In this document: positions 1 to 9,949 of the stretch, in pieces
Numbering within the stretch: the first letter of the stretch is position 1
How the letters are laid out: each line of letters opens with the position of its first letter
Source of the DNA: Mycobacterium tuberculosis H37Rv
GTDB taxonomy: Bacteria; Actinomycetota; Actinomycetes; Mycobacteriales; Mycobacteriaceae
Reading direction: 5' to 3'
DNA length: 32,000 nucleotides
Assembly (NCBI RefSeq): GCF_000195955.2
Contig: NC_000962.3
Span: forward strand, 3,360,001 to 3,392,000
Translations under genes and position numbers: made by a program
The notes under the pieces: generated by a model
Seen by the model: the letters and a program-made list of their open reading frames with translations, nothing else
The model's database searches: none
What the model was told of the DNA's origin: nothing

Positions 1-619
<619 letters not shown>

Positions 620-623
620 CTAG

Positions 624-1130
624 CTACTTGGCGGTGCCGATGCCGCGCGGACCGCGGGACAGCGACACCATTCCGGATTGGGCGATTTCGCGAATACCGA
701 ACGGCTCCAACACCCGCAGCAGGGCCTCTAACTTGCCGCGGTTACCGGTGGCCTCGACGGTCAATGACTCCGGGGATACGTCAATCACGTTGGCGCGAAA
801 CAGATTCACCGCTTCGATCACTTGGCTGCGGCTGCCGGCGTCGGCTTGGACCTTGATGAGCGCCAATTCCCGTGACACCGAGTGCTCGTCGTCCTGCTCG
901 ACGATCTTGATGACGTTGATCAGCTTGTTGAGCTGCTTGGTGATCTGCTCGAGCGGAGTGTCCTCGGCGGAGACCACGATGGTCATCCGTGACCTGTCCT
1001 TGCACTCGGTGGCACCCACCGCCAACGACTCGATGTTGAAACCGCGCCGGGAGAACAGCGCCGCCACCCGCGCCAGCACGCCGGGCTTGTCTTCGACCAA
1101 CACCGACAACGTGTGCGTCTTCGGGCTCAT
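624..1130 (-). CDS. ilvN: Acetolactate synthase small (regulatory, ACT-domain) subunit
   Basis: 168-aa ORF starting [39 protein letters not shown], a typical ACT fold of AHAS small subunits. Its ATG (1128-1130) shares one nucleotide with the ilvB1 TGA stop (TGATG). Confidence 0.95.
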   Translation of the reverse strand: MSPKTHTLSVLVEDKPGVLARVAALFSRRGFNIESLAVGATECKDRSRMTIVVSAEDTPLEQITKQLNKLINVIKIVEQDDEHSVSRELALIKVQADAGSRSQVIEAVNLFRANVIDVSPESLTVEATGNRGKLEALLRVLEPFGIREIAQSGMVSLSRGPRGIGTAK

Positions 1131-2986
1131 CAGGCGTGGCCTTCGGTGATGTCGTCGAACAGGGGGCGAATGCCGCGGGCGGCCTGGATCTCGTCATTGC
1201 TGGTGCCCGCGGCCACCATCGGCCACACTTGCGCGTCGGCACCGACGATGAAGTCGATCACCACCGGGCAGTCGTTGATCGCCCGCGCCTGGTTGATGAC
1301 GTCGACGACGTCCTCTTCCCGCTCGCACCGCAACCCCACACACCCCAAGGCCTCGGCCAGTTTCACGAAGTCGGGGATGCGGTGCGAATGAGTGGCCAGG
1401 TCGGTCTGCGAGTACCGCTCGGCATAGAACAGGCTCTGCCACTGCCGCACCATGCCCAGGTTGCCGTTGTTGATCAGCGCCACCTTGACCGGTATGCCCT
1501 CGACCGCGCAGGTGGCCAGCTCCTGGTTGGTCATCTGGAAGCAACCGTCGCCGTCGATCGCCCAGACCTCGGTGCCGGGGAGGGCGATCTTGGCGCCCAT
1601 GGCCGCCGGGATGGCAAACCCCATGGTGCCCAGACCGCCGGAGTTCAGCCAGCTGCGCGGCTTTTCGTATCTGATGAACTGCGCGGCCCACATCTGGTGC
1701 TGGCCGACGCCGGCGACGAAGACGGCGTCCGGCCCGGCGATCTCGCCGAGCTTTTCGATCACGTATTCCGGGCTCAGGCTGCCGTCGCTCTGCGGCCCAT
1801 AGCTCAGCGGATAGGTCTTGCGCACACCGTTCAGGTATGCCCACCAGTCGGCCATCTCGATGGTGCCGGGAATGTGGTGGTGGCGCAGCATCGCGATCAG
1901 TTCGGTGATGACGGCCTTGACGTCACCGACGATGGGCACGTCGGCGTGGCGGTTCTTGCCGATCTCGGCCGGGTCGATGTCGGCGTGGATGACCTTGGCT
2001 TCCGGCGCGAACGAGTCGAGCTTGCCGGTCACCCGGTCGTCGAAGCGGGTACCCAGCGCGATCAGCAGGTCGCTGCGCTGCAGCGCCGCCACGGCGGCCA
2101 CCGTGCCGTGCATGCCGGGCATGCCGAGGTTTTGCCGGTGGCTGTCGGGAAACGCGCCGCGGGCCATCAGCGTGGTGACCACCGGGATGCCGGTCAGCTC
2201 GGCCAGCTCCCGGAGCTGCTCGGTGGCCTCACCGCGGATGACGCCGCCGCCGACATACAGCACCGGCTTGCGCGCGGCCGCGATCAGCTTGGCGGCCTCG
2301 CGGACCTGCCGGCTGTGCGGTTTGGTGTTGGGCTTGTAGCCGGGCAGCTCCATCCGCGGCGGCCAGCTGAACGTGCACTGGCCCTGCAGCACGTCCTTGG
2401 GGATGTCGACCAGCACCGCGCCCGGACGGCCGGAGGCCGCGATGTGGAAGGCCTCGGCCAGCACCCGCGGAATGTCGTCACCGGAGCGGACCAGAAAGTT
2501 GTGCTTGGTGATCGGCATCGTGATGCCCGAGATGTCGGCCTCCTGGAAGGCGTCGGTGCCGATCAGCCCCCGCCCGACCTGACCGGTGATAGCGACCACC
2601 GGGATCGAGTCCATCTGCGCGTCGGCCAGCGGGGTCACCAGGTTGGTCGCTCCGGGACCCGACGTTGCCATGCACACGCCCACCCGGCCGGTGACGTGCG
2701 CGTAGCCGCTGGCGGCATGCCCGGCGCCCTGTTCGTGGCGGACCAGCACGTGGCGCAGCTTTTTCGAGTCGAACAGCGGGTCATACACCGGCAGCACCGC
2801 ACCGCCCGGAATCCCGAAAATGACGTCGACGCCGAGTTCCTCCAGCGACCGGATGACCGCCTGTGCACCGGTAAGCTGCTGCAGTGCAACATGTTTCGGA
2901 CGAGCCGCCGGGTGCTTTGGCTCATTCGCCGCGCTGTGTGGCTCTGGCTTGAATGTCGGTGAGTGTGGCTTGGTTGGTGCGCTCAC
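1130..2986 (-). CDS. ilvB1: Acetolactate synthase large (catalytic, ThDP/FAD) subunit
   Basis: The ORF carries the ThDP motif [15 protein letters not shown]...NNGNLGMV and AHAS-like N-terminal and middle domains. The longest ORF begins at a TTG at 3031, directly abutting the attenuator U-tract. I prefer the GTG at 2984-2986 (VSAPTKPHS..., 618 aa), which has AGGA about 10 nt upstream. Confidence 0.93.
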
Positions 2987-3032
2987 TGTTGTGTGATCCT
3001 CTATTGCTCTGGAAGTCTCGTTGGTGGACAAG

Positions 3033-3067
3033 AAAAAACCCTCGCCAGCTCAGCTGCTGCACGAGGG
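3033..3067 (-). terminator. Intrinsic terminator of the ilvB1 leader (attenuator hairpin plus U6)
   Basis: The minus strand reads CCCTCG-tg-CAGC-agctga-GCTG-g-CGAGGG followed by TTTTTT. The outer arms are 3062-3067 and 3039-3044, and the A-run on the plus strand is 3033-3038. It lies 46 nt upstream of the ilvB1 GTG. Confidence 0.6.
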
Positions 3068-3092
3068 TCGCGTTGGTGCTCGCTTGGGCTAG

Positions 3093-3128
3093 TCAGGCAC
3101 CAACGCGCCGACCAATTACTACGAGCAT
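3093..3128 (-). CDS. Candidate ilv leader peptide MLVVIGRRVGA (11 codons)
   Basis: Minus strand reads ATG CTC GTA GTA ATT GGT CGG CGC GTT GGT GCC TGA, with four consecutive Leu/Val/Val/Ile codons. GGAAAG lies 6 nt upstream of the ATG. The 3' half (3097-3107) forms a perfect 11-bp stem with 3069-3079, next to the terminator. Confidence 0.5.
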   Translation of the reverse strand: MLVVIGRRVGA

Positions 3129-3212
3129 CCCGGGCTTTCCGGCCTTGTCCATAGTGTCCGACGGTAGCCTTCACACAGCTCAGCAGTCAAATCCGCGGTG
3201 TCAGTCTTGATC

Positions 3213-3272
3213 CGCGAGCGTGACGGCACTGCGAAATCCCATGCGAATTTTCGCGGTGGCGTTACGCTCGCG
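3213..3272. repeat. Imperfect palindromic intergenic element, copy A (~60 bp)
   Basis: The arms CGCGAGCGTGACGGCACTGCGAAA (3213-3236) and TTTCGCGGTGGCGTTACGCTCGCG (3249-3272) pair at 24 positions, with 1 mismatch and 2 G:T. The loop is 12 nt. The arm sequence recurs at 12498-12553. Confidence 0.65.
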
Positions 3273-3347
3273 AACTCGACGCCCACCAAGCGGTGAGATG
3301 ATGCTGGGGTGGCCACCACATCGCCGGTCGTGATCAAAGTGTCGCCG

Positions 3348-3686
3348 ATGGCGCACTTCGCCGTGGGATTCCTGACCCTGGGTCTGCTGGTGCCGGTACT
3401 GACCTGGCCGGTGAGCGCCCCGCTGTTAGTCATTCCGGTGGCGTTGTCGGCATCGATCATTCGGCTCCGCACGCTCGCCGACGAGCGGGGCGTGACCGTG
3501 CGGACGCTGGTCGGCAGCCGCGCGGTGCGCTGGGACGACATCGACGGGCTGCGGTTCCACCGCGGGTCCTGGGCGCGCGCAACGCTCAAGGACGGTACCG
3601 AGCTGCGATTGCCCGCGGTGACCTTTGCGACGCTGCCGCACCTGACCGAAGCCAGCTCGGGACGGGTCCCCAACCCGTACCGATGA
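3348..3686 (+). CDS. cfp6: Low-molecular-weight antigen CFP-6, membrane-anchored bacterial PH-domain protein
   Basis: ATG at 3348 gives 112 aa; the ORF is open from a GTG at 3309. An N-terminal double hydrophobic segment (FAVGFLTLGLLVPVLTWPVSAPLLVIPVALSA) is followed by a short soluble domain. I recognise it from memory as Rv3004. Confidence 0.8.
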   Translation: MAHFAVGFLTLGLLVPVLTWPVSAPLLVIPVALSASIIRLRTLADERGVTVRTLVGSRAVRWDDIDGLRFHRGSWARATLKDGTELRLPAVTFATLPHLTEASSGRVPNPYR

Positions 3687-3692
3687 CAGCGT

Positions 3693-4532
3693 TCAGGCCA
3701 GCGGATTTGCCCCGTTGAGCAGCACCCATACGGCAATACCCGCCGCGATGCCACCCAACAGCGCTACAAACGATCCGATAAATGGCCGATGAGCCCAGCC
3801 GCGGGCCGCGTCCAGACCGTAGCGGCCGGGACCACTCAAGATAACGGCGACCGCCATCACGACCAGGGTGATCTGGTATTCATGCCCGTCCTGCAGGAAG
3901 TACGCGACGGGCCGCGAATGCTGTGCCGAGATGCCGGCGAGCAGGCCGTTGATCAAGAAGGCCAGCGCGCCCGCGGCCGCCAGCGGAGTAAACAAACCCA
4001 ACACCAGCAGCACTCCGGCGACGATCTCGCCGCCAGCGCTCACATAAGCGAGGATCTCGGCGTGCTGGTAACCAATGTCGGACAGCGAGTTCTGGAATCC
4101 GGCCAGACCCTGGCCGTCCCACCAGCCGAACAATTTCTGCAGCCCATGGGCGATAAGGACCGCGCCCAGACCGACCCGCAATATCAGCAGCCCGAGATTC
4201 TGGGTGCCGCGCCGACCTGCGGCGCGTACCCGCTCGTCGTCGTCCATGTCGATTCCGGCAGATCCCGCCGGTACCTGCCGGCCCGGCTGCGGCTGGACGT
4301 AGGGCAACGGCTCCGCAGCTTCGATCAGGCTGTACCCGGAGTTGCCGACACCAGAGCTAGCGGCATCATAGGGCGGGATAACGGTGGTGGTTCCACTGCC
4401 AAAGTCCCCGGCATATCTGGCCGGCGTCAGGTCATCCTCGGGGTCGACCAGGCTTGCCGAGACAGGCCGTCCAGGCATTGGCCCAGGCGAATCATCCGGC
4501 CGCTGCCAATGTGAGTCATTCGAACTGGTCAC
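3693..4532 (-). CDS. doxX: DoxX-family integral membrane protein with a Pro/Gly-rich N-terminal extension
   Basis: The C-terminal half, LGLLILRVGLGAVLIAHGLQKLFGWW...LVLGLFTPLAAAGALAFL, is typical of DoxX. GTG start at 4530-4532 gives 279 aa, and the ORF is open to 4625. I remember Rv3005c as the DoxX of the SodA/SseA membrane oxidoreductase complex. Confidence 0.85.
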   Translation of the reverse strand: MTSSNDSHWQRPDDSPGPMPGRPVSASLVDPEDDLTPARYAGDFGSGTTTVIPPYDAASSGVGNSGYSLIEAAEPLPYVQPQPGRQVPAGSAGIDMDDDERVRAAGRRGTQNLGLLILRVGLGAVLIAHGLQKLFGWWDGQGLAGFQNSLSDIGYQHAEILAYVSAGGEIVAGVLLVLGLFTPLAAAGALAFLINGLLAGISAQHSRPVAYFLQDGHEYQITLVVMAVAVILSGPGRYGLDAARGWAHRPFIGSFVALLGGIAAGIAVWVLLNGANPLA

Positions 4533-4708
4533 TCGTGTCAGGGTAAGGCCATTTAGTGCCGAATTGGGGATTTGAGCGGCGCTTTCGCCAGACAATCCGC
4601 ACATTGACCCTGACCAGCCCACCAAAAGGCCCCAATTGGGCCGCCATGCCGACAGTGCGCACCCCGGCAGGTGGCGGCGATGCCCACAATGTCCGTAGCC
4701 TGTCGGTC

Positions 4709-5830
4709 ATGTGGACAACGCGGTTGGTTCGATCCGGACTCGCCGCGCTGTGCGCGGCAGTGCTGGTATCGAGCGGCTGCGCACGGTTCAACGACGCTCA
4801 ATCTCAGCCGTTCACCACCGAACCGGAGCTGCGGCCCCAACCCAGCTCGACACCTCCCCCCCCGCCGCCGCTGCCGCCGGTTCCCTTTCCCAAGGAATGT
4901 CCGGCGCCGGGCGTGATGCAAGGCTGCCTTGAGAGCACCAGCGGCTTGATCATGGGCATCGACAGCAAGACCGCACTGGTCGCCGAGCGCATCACCGGTG
5001 CCGTCGAGGAGATCTCTATCAGCGCCGAGCCGAAGGTAAAGACGGTCATCCCCGTGGATCCTGCCGGTGACGGTGGCTTGATGGACATTGTGCTGTCGCC
5101 CACCTACTCGCAAGACCGGCTGATGTACGCCTACATCAGCACGCCCACCGACAACCGGGTGGTGCGAGTGGCCGACGGCGACATCCCCAAGGACATCCTG
5201 ACCGGCATCCCCAAAGGTGCTGCCGGTAACACCGGGGCGCTGATCTTCACCAGTCCCACCACGCTGGTCGTGATGACCGGGGATGCTGGCGACCCGGCGT
5301 TGGCCGCCGATCCCCAATCGTTGGCCGGTAAGGTCCTGCGTATCGAACAGCCCACCACCATCGGCCAGACGCCGCCGACGACGGCGCTGTCTGGCATCGG
5401 CTCCGGCGGCGGCTTGTGCATCGATCCGGTCGACGGCTCGCTATATGTCGCCGACCGCACGCCAACGGCGGACCGATTGCAGCGCATCACCAAGAACTCG
5501 GAGGTCTCTACGGTATGGACCTGGCCGGACAAGCCCGGCGTGGCCGGGTGTGCCGCGATGGACGGCACCGTGCTGGTCAACCTGATTAATACCAAACTGA
5601 CGGTGGCGGTCCGGCTCGCGCCGTCGACCGGTGCGGTCACCGGAGAACCCGACGTTGTCCGCAAAGACACTCATGCGCATGCGTGGGCATTACGGATGTC
5701 GCCGGACGGCAACGTCTGGGGAGCCACCGTCAACAAGACCGCCGGCGACGCCGAGAAGCTCGACGATGTGGTGTTCCCGCTGTTCCCGCAGGGTGGCGGC
5801 TTCCCGCGCAACAACGACGACAAGACCTGA
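4709..5830 (+). CDS. lppZ: Lipoprotein LppZ, beta-propeller (glucose/sorbosone dehydrogenase-like) domain
   Basis: ATG at 4709. The signal peptide with lipobox is MWTTRLVRSGLAALCAAVLVSSG|C, followed by a poly-Pro linker (STPPPPPPLPPVPFP). The domain assignment is from memory of the family, not computed. Confidence 0.9.
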   Translation: MWTTRLVRSGLAALCAAVLVSSGCARFNDAQSQPFTTEPELRPQPSSTPPPPPPLPPVPFPKECPAPGVMQGCLESTSGLIMGIDSKTALVAERITGAVEEISISAEPKVKTVIPVDPAGDGGLMDIVLSPTYSQDRLMYAYISTPTDNRVVRVADGDIPKDILTGIPKGAAGNTGALIFTSPTTLVVMTGDAGDPALAADPQSLAGKVLRIEQPTTIGQTPPTTALSGIGSGGGLCIDPVDGSLYVADRTPTADRLQRITKNSEVSTVWTWPDKPGVAGCAAMDGTVLVNLINTKLTVAVRLAPSTGAVTGEPDVVRKDTHAHAWALRMSPDGNVWGATVNKTAGDAEKLDDVVFPLFPQGGGFPRNNDDKT

Positions 5831-5835
5831 CCCGG

Positions 5836-6450
5836 TTAGGGCACGTCGAGCGTGAACCTTACGACGCCGTATCGGCGTGTCTCGTCGCCCCGTTCACGCT
5901 CGTAGAACCGGGGTGAGGCTTCCTTGCCAGGGTCGATGTCGTCGACATCAAAGTCGAGGTCGGAGAGGTAGAGCAGATCTTCCGAGCACTCCGGAGCCCA
6001 CACGCTCACGGGCTCCAACAGGTAAGCCACATAATCCCCGACATCGCTGCGACTGGCCGTCCTACCGATGAACCAGGCGGCCGCGTCGTCGAGAATCGGC
6101 ATTCCACAGGGGCCAGCGCGCCACGAGCAACGGGCGAACTTGTTGACCTCCTCCTCCGTTTGGCTGCCGAACAGTTCGGCGAGCACATGCTGCCGCTGCG
6201 AAAGCACGTGCACGGCGAGGTGCTCGGATCGGCTCGCCACCTCGGAGGTGCCGGTGCTCCTCGGCAGGCCGACCATAAAACTCGGGGGCTGCACGCTCGT
6301 TTGGGTAGCGAAGCTGACCAGACAACCCGCGGGGTGACCATCGGCCTGGGTTGTCACCACAAACACCGGGTGGTCCAGCATCCCCATCAACTCGTCGAAC
6401 GACTCATCGATCACATCACCATCATGAATCCGCGCAACGTCTTCTGACAC
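5836..6450 (-). CDS. Flavin reductase-like (FMN-binding split-barrel) oxidoreductase
   Basis: GTG at 6448-6450 gives 204 aa; the ORF is open to 6546. The core HPVFVVTTQADGHPAGCLVSFATQTSVQPPSFMVGL resembles the flavin reductase domain family. I remember it as Rv3007c. Confidence 0.8.
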   Translation of the reverse strand: MSEDVARIHDGDVIDESFDELMGMLDHPVFVVTTQADGHPAGCLVSFATQTSVQPPSFMVGLPRSTGTSEVASRSEHLAVHVLSQRQHVLAELFGSQTEEEVNKFARCSWRAGPCGMPILDDAAAWFIGRTASRSDVGDYVAYLLEPVSVWAPECSEDLLYLSDLDFDVDDIDPGKEASPRFYERERGDETRRYGVVRFTLDVP

Positions 6451-6643
6451 TCTTTCCGAGCGTTCAGTCGGCGAATCGCCGCTACCGCCATCACGTCGAC
6501 CGGTGAGGCCGCCGTCACGGCCCCAAATCGGCGACGATCTGGGCACGGAATCAGAACCTGATTGGGTCCCGGCCAGCCTCGCTGGCGTGGGAAGTCACCA
6601 CGGTCGCGCCGCGGCTTCTCAACCCGGCCGACACGCGCTCCCG

Positions 6644-7267
6644 ATGCTCACTGTCGTCGCTGTCATAGGCATACTCGAATGTGGATTAGTGCTACACATG
6701 CCTGACAACGATTTGTGGTACTGCGGGCCATGGACACTATGGGTGATGGCCGGTAGGGGTGTTGCGTCGGGCGCGGGAGTGTGGCGAGGTGATCGCGTTG
6801 CGACGCCCCTTGCGGTGGCGATTACCGCAGCCGGATTGGTATCAGGGGCCCGGATAGGACCCGGTGCGGCTGCGAAACGCGACCCGCAGCTCGCACAGTG
6901 GAACGAGATTCGCAGTCACTACCAAGAGATCGCCGAGTGGATCGACCACGACACAGCAACCGCACACCCCGCTGTTGCCGCAACGCAGATCAGTGCCGCT
7001 GGCTCTTTCGGCCGCGCCAATATGGTCGACTACCTGGGGCTCCTGGATTCCAGGGCCGACGAAACGGTCCGACGCGACGAATTTTCGCGGTGGCTGTCGG
7101 CCAAACCCGACTACTTGGTCACCACCGAGCAATCTGTCGACGCCGCCACGATAGCCCTTCCTGAATTCCGCCATGCGTACGACCGCGCGGCCACCATCGG
7201 GACACTCAACGTGTATCGTCGCAACTCCCCTGACGGTGATGAACCGCTACCCGCGGACGGCAACTAA
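6644..7267 (+). CDS. Hypothetical protein (Rv3008-like), start uncertain
   Basis: The ORF is open from a GTG at 6503. I chose the ATG at 6644 ([17 protein letters not shown]..., hydrophobic N-terminus); other in-frame starts lie at 6587, 6689, 6698 and 6746. I recognise no domain. Its 3' end overlaps the gatB stop by 4 nt (convergent). Confidence 0.5.
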   Translation: MLTVVAVIGILECGLVLHMPDNDLWYCGPWTLWVMAGRGVASGAGVWRGDRVATPLAVAITAAGLVSGARIGPGAAAKRDPQLAQWNEIRSHYQEIAEWIDHDTATAHPAVAATQISAAGSFGRANMVDYLGLLDSRADETVRRDEFSRWLSAKPDYLVTTEQSVDAATIALPEFRHAYDRAATIGTLNVYRRNSPDGDEPLPADGN

Positions 7268-8793
7268 CCCTGCCCGCAGGCCTCTAGAACGAGTTCGCGC
7301 ACTCGGGCCGCGTCGGCCTGTCCGCGGGTCGCCTTCATCACCGCACCGACAATCGCGCCGGCCGCGGCCACCTTGCCGCCGCGAATCTTGTCCGCCACAT
7401 CAGGATTTGCGGCCAGGGCCTCGTCGACCGCGGCCTGGGTCAACGAGTCGTCGCGGACCAACGCCAACCCTCTCGCAGTCATCACCTGTTCGGGCTCACC
7501 TTCACCGGCCAGCACACCCTCCACGACTTGGCGGGCCAAGCTGTTGGACAGCTTGCCCTCATCGACCAATGCCACCACGGCTGCGACCTGGGCAGGAGTG
7601 ATGGCCAGTTCGTCCAGCCCGATGCCGGCCTCGTTGGCCTTTTGCGCCAGGAAGTTTCCCCACCAGGCGCGCGCCGCCTCGCTGGACGCGCCGTGCTCGA
7701 CGGTGGCAGCAACCAATTCGACGGCGCCGGCGTTGACCAGATCGCGCATCACCTCGTCGGAAACGCCCCACTCCTGCTGAATCCTCCTGCGGCTCAACCA
7801 CGGCAATTCGGGGATCGTCTGGCGTAGTCGCTCGACCAGCTCGCGACTGGGCGCGACAGGCTCCAAATCCGGCTCCGGGAAGTACCGATAGTCCTCGGCG
7901 GTCTCCTTGGTGCGGCCCGCGCTGGTGTAACCGGCCTCGTGAAAGTGTCTGGTTTCCTGGGTGATCCGACCACCAGACGCCAAAATAGCGCCCTGGCGCT
8001 GCATTTCGTAGCGGACGGCGACTTCGACGCTCTTCAGCGAGTTGACGTTCTTGGTCTCGGTCCGGGTGCCGAATTCGGTCGTCCCGGCCGGCTTCAGCGA
8101 CACGTTGGCGTCACAGCGCATCGAACCCTGGTCCATCCGGACATCAGATACATCTAATGCGCGCAGCAGATCCCGCAACGCCGTCACATAGGACCGGGCG
8201 ATCTGCGGCGCCCGGGCACCGGCGCCCACGATGGGTTTGGTGACGATCTCGATGAGCGGCACGCCGGCACGGTTGTAGTCGATCAGCGAACCGGTGGCAC
8301 CGTGGATCCGGCCCGTCTCGCTGCCGATGTGGGTGAGCTTGCCGGTGTCTTCTTCCATGTGAGCTCGCTCAATCTCCACCCGCCAAGTGGTGCCGTCTTC
8401 CAAAGGCGCGTCCAGGTAGCCGTTGATGGCGATCGGCTCGTCGTACTGTGAGATCTGGTAGTTCTTGGGCATGTCGGGGTAGAAGTAGTTCTTCCGGGCG
8501 AAGCGACACCAGGGTACGATCTCGCAGTTCAGCGCCAGCCCGATGCGGATCGCCGACTCCACGGCGGCCCGGTTGAGCACCGGCAGCGAACCGGGCAAGC
8601 CCAGACACACCGGACACACCTGGGTGTTTGGCTCGCCGCCGAATGTGGTGGTGCAGCCACAGAACATCTTGGTCGCAGTGGACAGCTCGACGTGCACCTC
8701 GAGGCCGAGTACCGGCTGGAAGCGCGCGACGACCTCGTCGTAATCGAGCAGTTCAGCCCCTGCGGCCTTGGCTGCCCCGGCAGCAACAGTCAT
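7264..8793 (-). CDS. gatB: Asp-tRNA(Asn)/Glu-tRNA(Gln) amidotransferase subunit B
   Basis: ATG at 8791-8793 ([37 protein letters not shown]...) gives 509 aa. The GatB core and C-terminal YqeY-like tail are recognisable. The 661-aa track ORF is an upstream extension that overlaps pfkA. Confidence 0.95.
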   Translation of the reverse strand: MTVAAGAAKAAGAELLDYDEVVARFQPVLGLEVHVELSTATKMFCGCTTTFGGEPNTQVCPVCLGLPGSLPVLNRAAVESAIRIGLALNCEIVPWCRFARKNYFYPDMPKNYQISQYDEPIAINGYLDAPLEDGTTWRVEIERAHMEEDTGKLTHIGSETGRIHGATGSLIDYNRAGVPLIEIVTKPIVGAGARAPQIARSYVTALRDLLRALDVSDVRMDQGSMRCDANVSLKPAGTTEFGTRTETKNVNSLKSVEVAVRYEMQRQGAILASGGRITQETRHFHEAGYTSAGRTKETAEDYRYFPEPDLEPVAPSRELVERLRQTIPELPWLSRRRIQQEWGVSDEVMRDLVNAGAVELVAATVEHGASSEAARAWWGNFLAQKANEAGIGLDELAITPAQVAAVVALVDEGKLSNSLARQVVEGVLAGEGEPEQVMTARGLALVRDDSLTQAAVDEALAANPDVADKIRGGKVAAAGAIVGAVMKATRGQADAARVRELVLEACGQG

Positions 8794-8822
8794 AGCCGCG
8801 ATCCTAGTTTGAGCACCCGACG

Positions 8823-9854
8823 TCAACCGAAGAAGGCGGCGGCGTCGTCGTAACGGCTCTGCGGCACCAGTTTGAGTTTGCGAACCGCATCCGCCAGCGG
8901 AACCCGACCGATGTCCTGGCCGCGCAACGTCACCATCTGGCCGTACTCGCCCGCATGCGCGGCGTCGGCGGCGTTCACCCCGAATCGGGTGGCCAGCACT
9001 CGGTCGTAGGCGGTCGGAGTACCACCCCGCTGGATGTGGCCCAACACCGTCACCCGGACATCCTTGTTGATGCGCTTCTCGACCTCGACCGCCAGCTGCG
9101 CCGCTACACCTGTGAAACGCTCGTGCCCGAACTCGTCGAGACCACCCTCGCGCAGCATGATCGTCCCCGGAGCCGGTTTGGCGCCTTCGGCGACCACGCA
9201 GATGAAATGCGAGTCCCCGCGCTGGAAACGGCCTTTGACCAGTCGGCACACCTCTTCGATGTCGAACGGCTGCTCAGGAATCAGGGTCATGTGAGCACCG
9301 GAGGCCAGCCCGGCGTTCAGCGCGATCCAGCCGGCATGCCTACCCATCACCTCCACCAGCATCACCCGCTCGTGGGATTCGGCGGTGCTGTGCAGCCGGT
9401 CGATGGCCTCGGTGGCCACGGTCAACGCGGTGTCGTGGCCGAAGGTCACATCGGTGCAGTCGATGTCGTTGTCGATCGTCTTTGGCACCCCGACCACCGG
9501 CACATTCTCTTCGGAGAGCCAACTCGCGGCGGTCAGCGTACCCTCACCGCCGATCGGGATCAGGACGTCGATCCCGTTGTCGTCCAAGGTCTGCATGATT
9601 TGGGGCAGCCCCGCCCGCAGTTTGTCGGGGTGCACCCGGGCCGTGCCCAGCATCGTGCCGCCCTTGGCCAGCAGCCGGTCATTGCGGTCGTCGTTGTGCA
9701 GTTGAACACGGCGGTTCTCCAGCAGCCCGCGAAAGCCGTTCTGAAATCCGACCACCGACGAGCCGTATCGGGCGTGGCAGGTACGCACCACCGCACGGAT
9801 GACGGCGTTAAGGCCGGGACAGTCGCCGCCTCCGGTAAGAACTCCAATCCGCAT
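8823..9854 (-). CDS. pfkA: ATP-dependent 6-phosphofructokinase
   Basis: ATG at 9852-9854 gives 343 aa starting [26 protein letters not shown] family motifs GGDG-like, PKTIDND and MGR are present. Confidence 0.95.
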   Translation of the reverse strand: MRIGVLTGGGDCPGLNAVIRAVVRTCHARYGSSVVGFQNGFRGLLENRRVQLHNDDRNDRLLAKGGTMLGTARVHPDKLRAGLPQIMQTLDDNGIDVLIPIGGEGTLTAASWLSEENVPVVGVPKTIDNDIDCTDVTFGHDTALTVATEAIDRLHSTAESHERVMLVEVMGRHAGWIALNAGLASGAHMTLIPEQPFDIEEVCRLVKGRFQRGDSHFICVVAEGAKPAPGTIMLREGGLDEFGHERFTGVAAQLAVEVEKRINKDVRVTVLGHIQRGGTPTAYDRVLATRFGVNAADAAHAGEYGQMVTLRGQDIGRVPLADAVRKLKLVPQSRYDDAAAFFG

Positions 9855-9887
9855 ACCCTCATCTTGCCGCGCGGCCGCCGACCTGGC

Positions 9888-9947
9888 GCGAGCAGACACA
9901 GAATCGCACGGGCGAGGGGCGCCGGATGCGAGTCTGTGTCTGCTCGC
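9888..9947 (-). terminator. Long stem-loop between gatA and pfkA (candidate U-tract-less terminator or processing site)
   Basis: A perfect 15-bp inverted repeat: GCGAGCAGACACAGA (9888-9902) and TCTGTGTCTGCTCGC (9933-9947). It is extended by 5 more pairs (9904-9908 with 9927-9931) after one mismatch. It starts 2 nt after the gatA stop, and no U-run follows on the minus strand. Confidence 0.4.
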
Positions 9948-9949
9948 CG

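Noticed and set aside
1136..2962. 608-aa plus-strand ORF antisense to ilvB1
   Set aside because: It mirrors a well-supported gene. The translation is Arg/Gly/Ala/Val-rich low-complexity sequence, typical of stop-poor antisense frames in 65% GC DNA. No recognisable motif.
3119..3754. 211-aa minus-strand ORF spanning the cfp6 locus and the palindromic element
   Set aside because: It is antisense to cfp6 and crosses intergenic repeat DNA. No motif, and an implausible context upstream of the ilv leader.
7077..7093. 17-nt exact match (CGAATTTTCGCGGTGGC) between the Rv3008-like coding sequence and the right arm of palindromic element copy A
   Set aside because: Only a half-site is present, and no complementary arm lies nearby. 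It falls within a coding frame and could be chance in a 32-kb GC-biased window. Noted only in case a genome-wide search finds degenerate copies.
7264..9249. 661-aa extended version of gatB in the ORF track
   Set aside because: The extra 152 N-terminal codons overlap the pfkA coding region in another frame and are Arg/Gly-rich. The conserved GatB sequence begins at the ATG at 8793.
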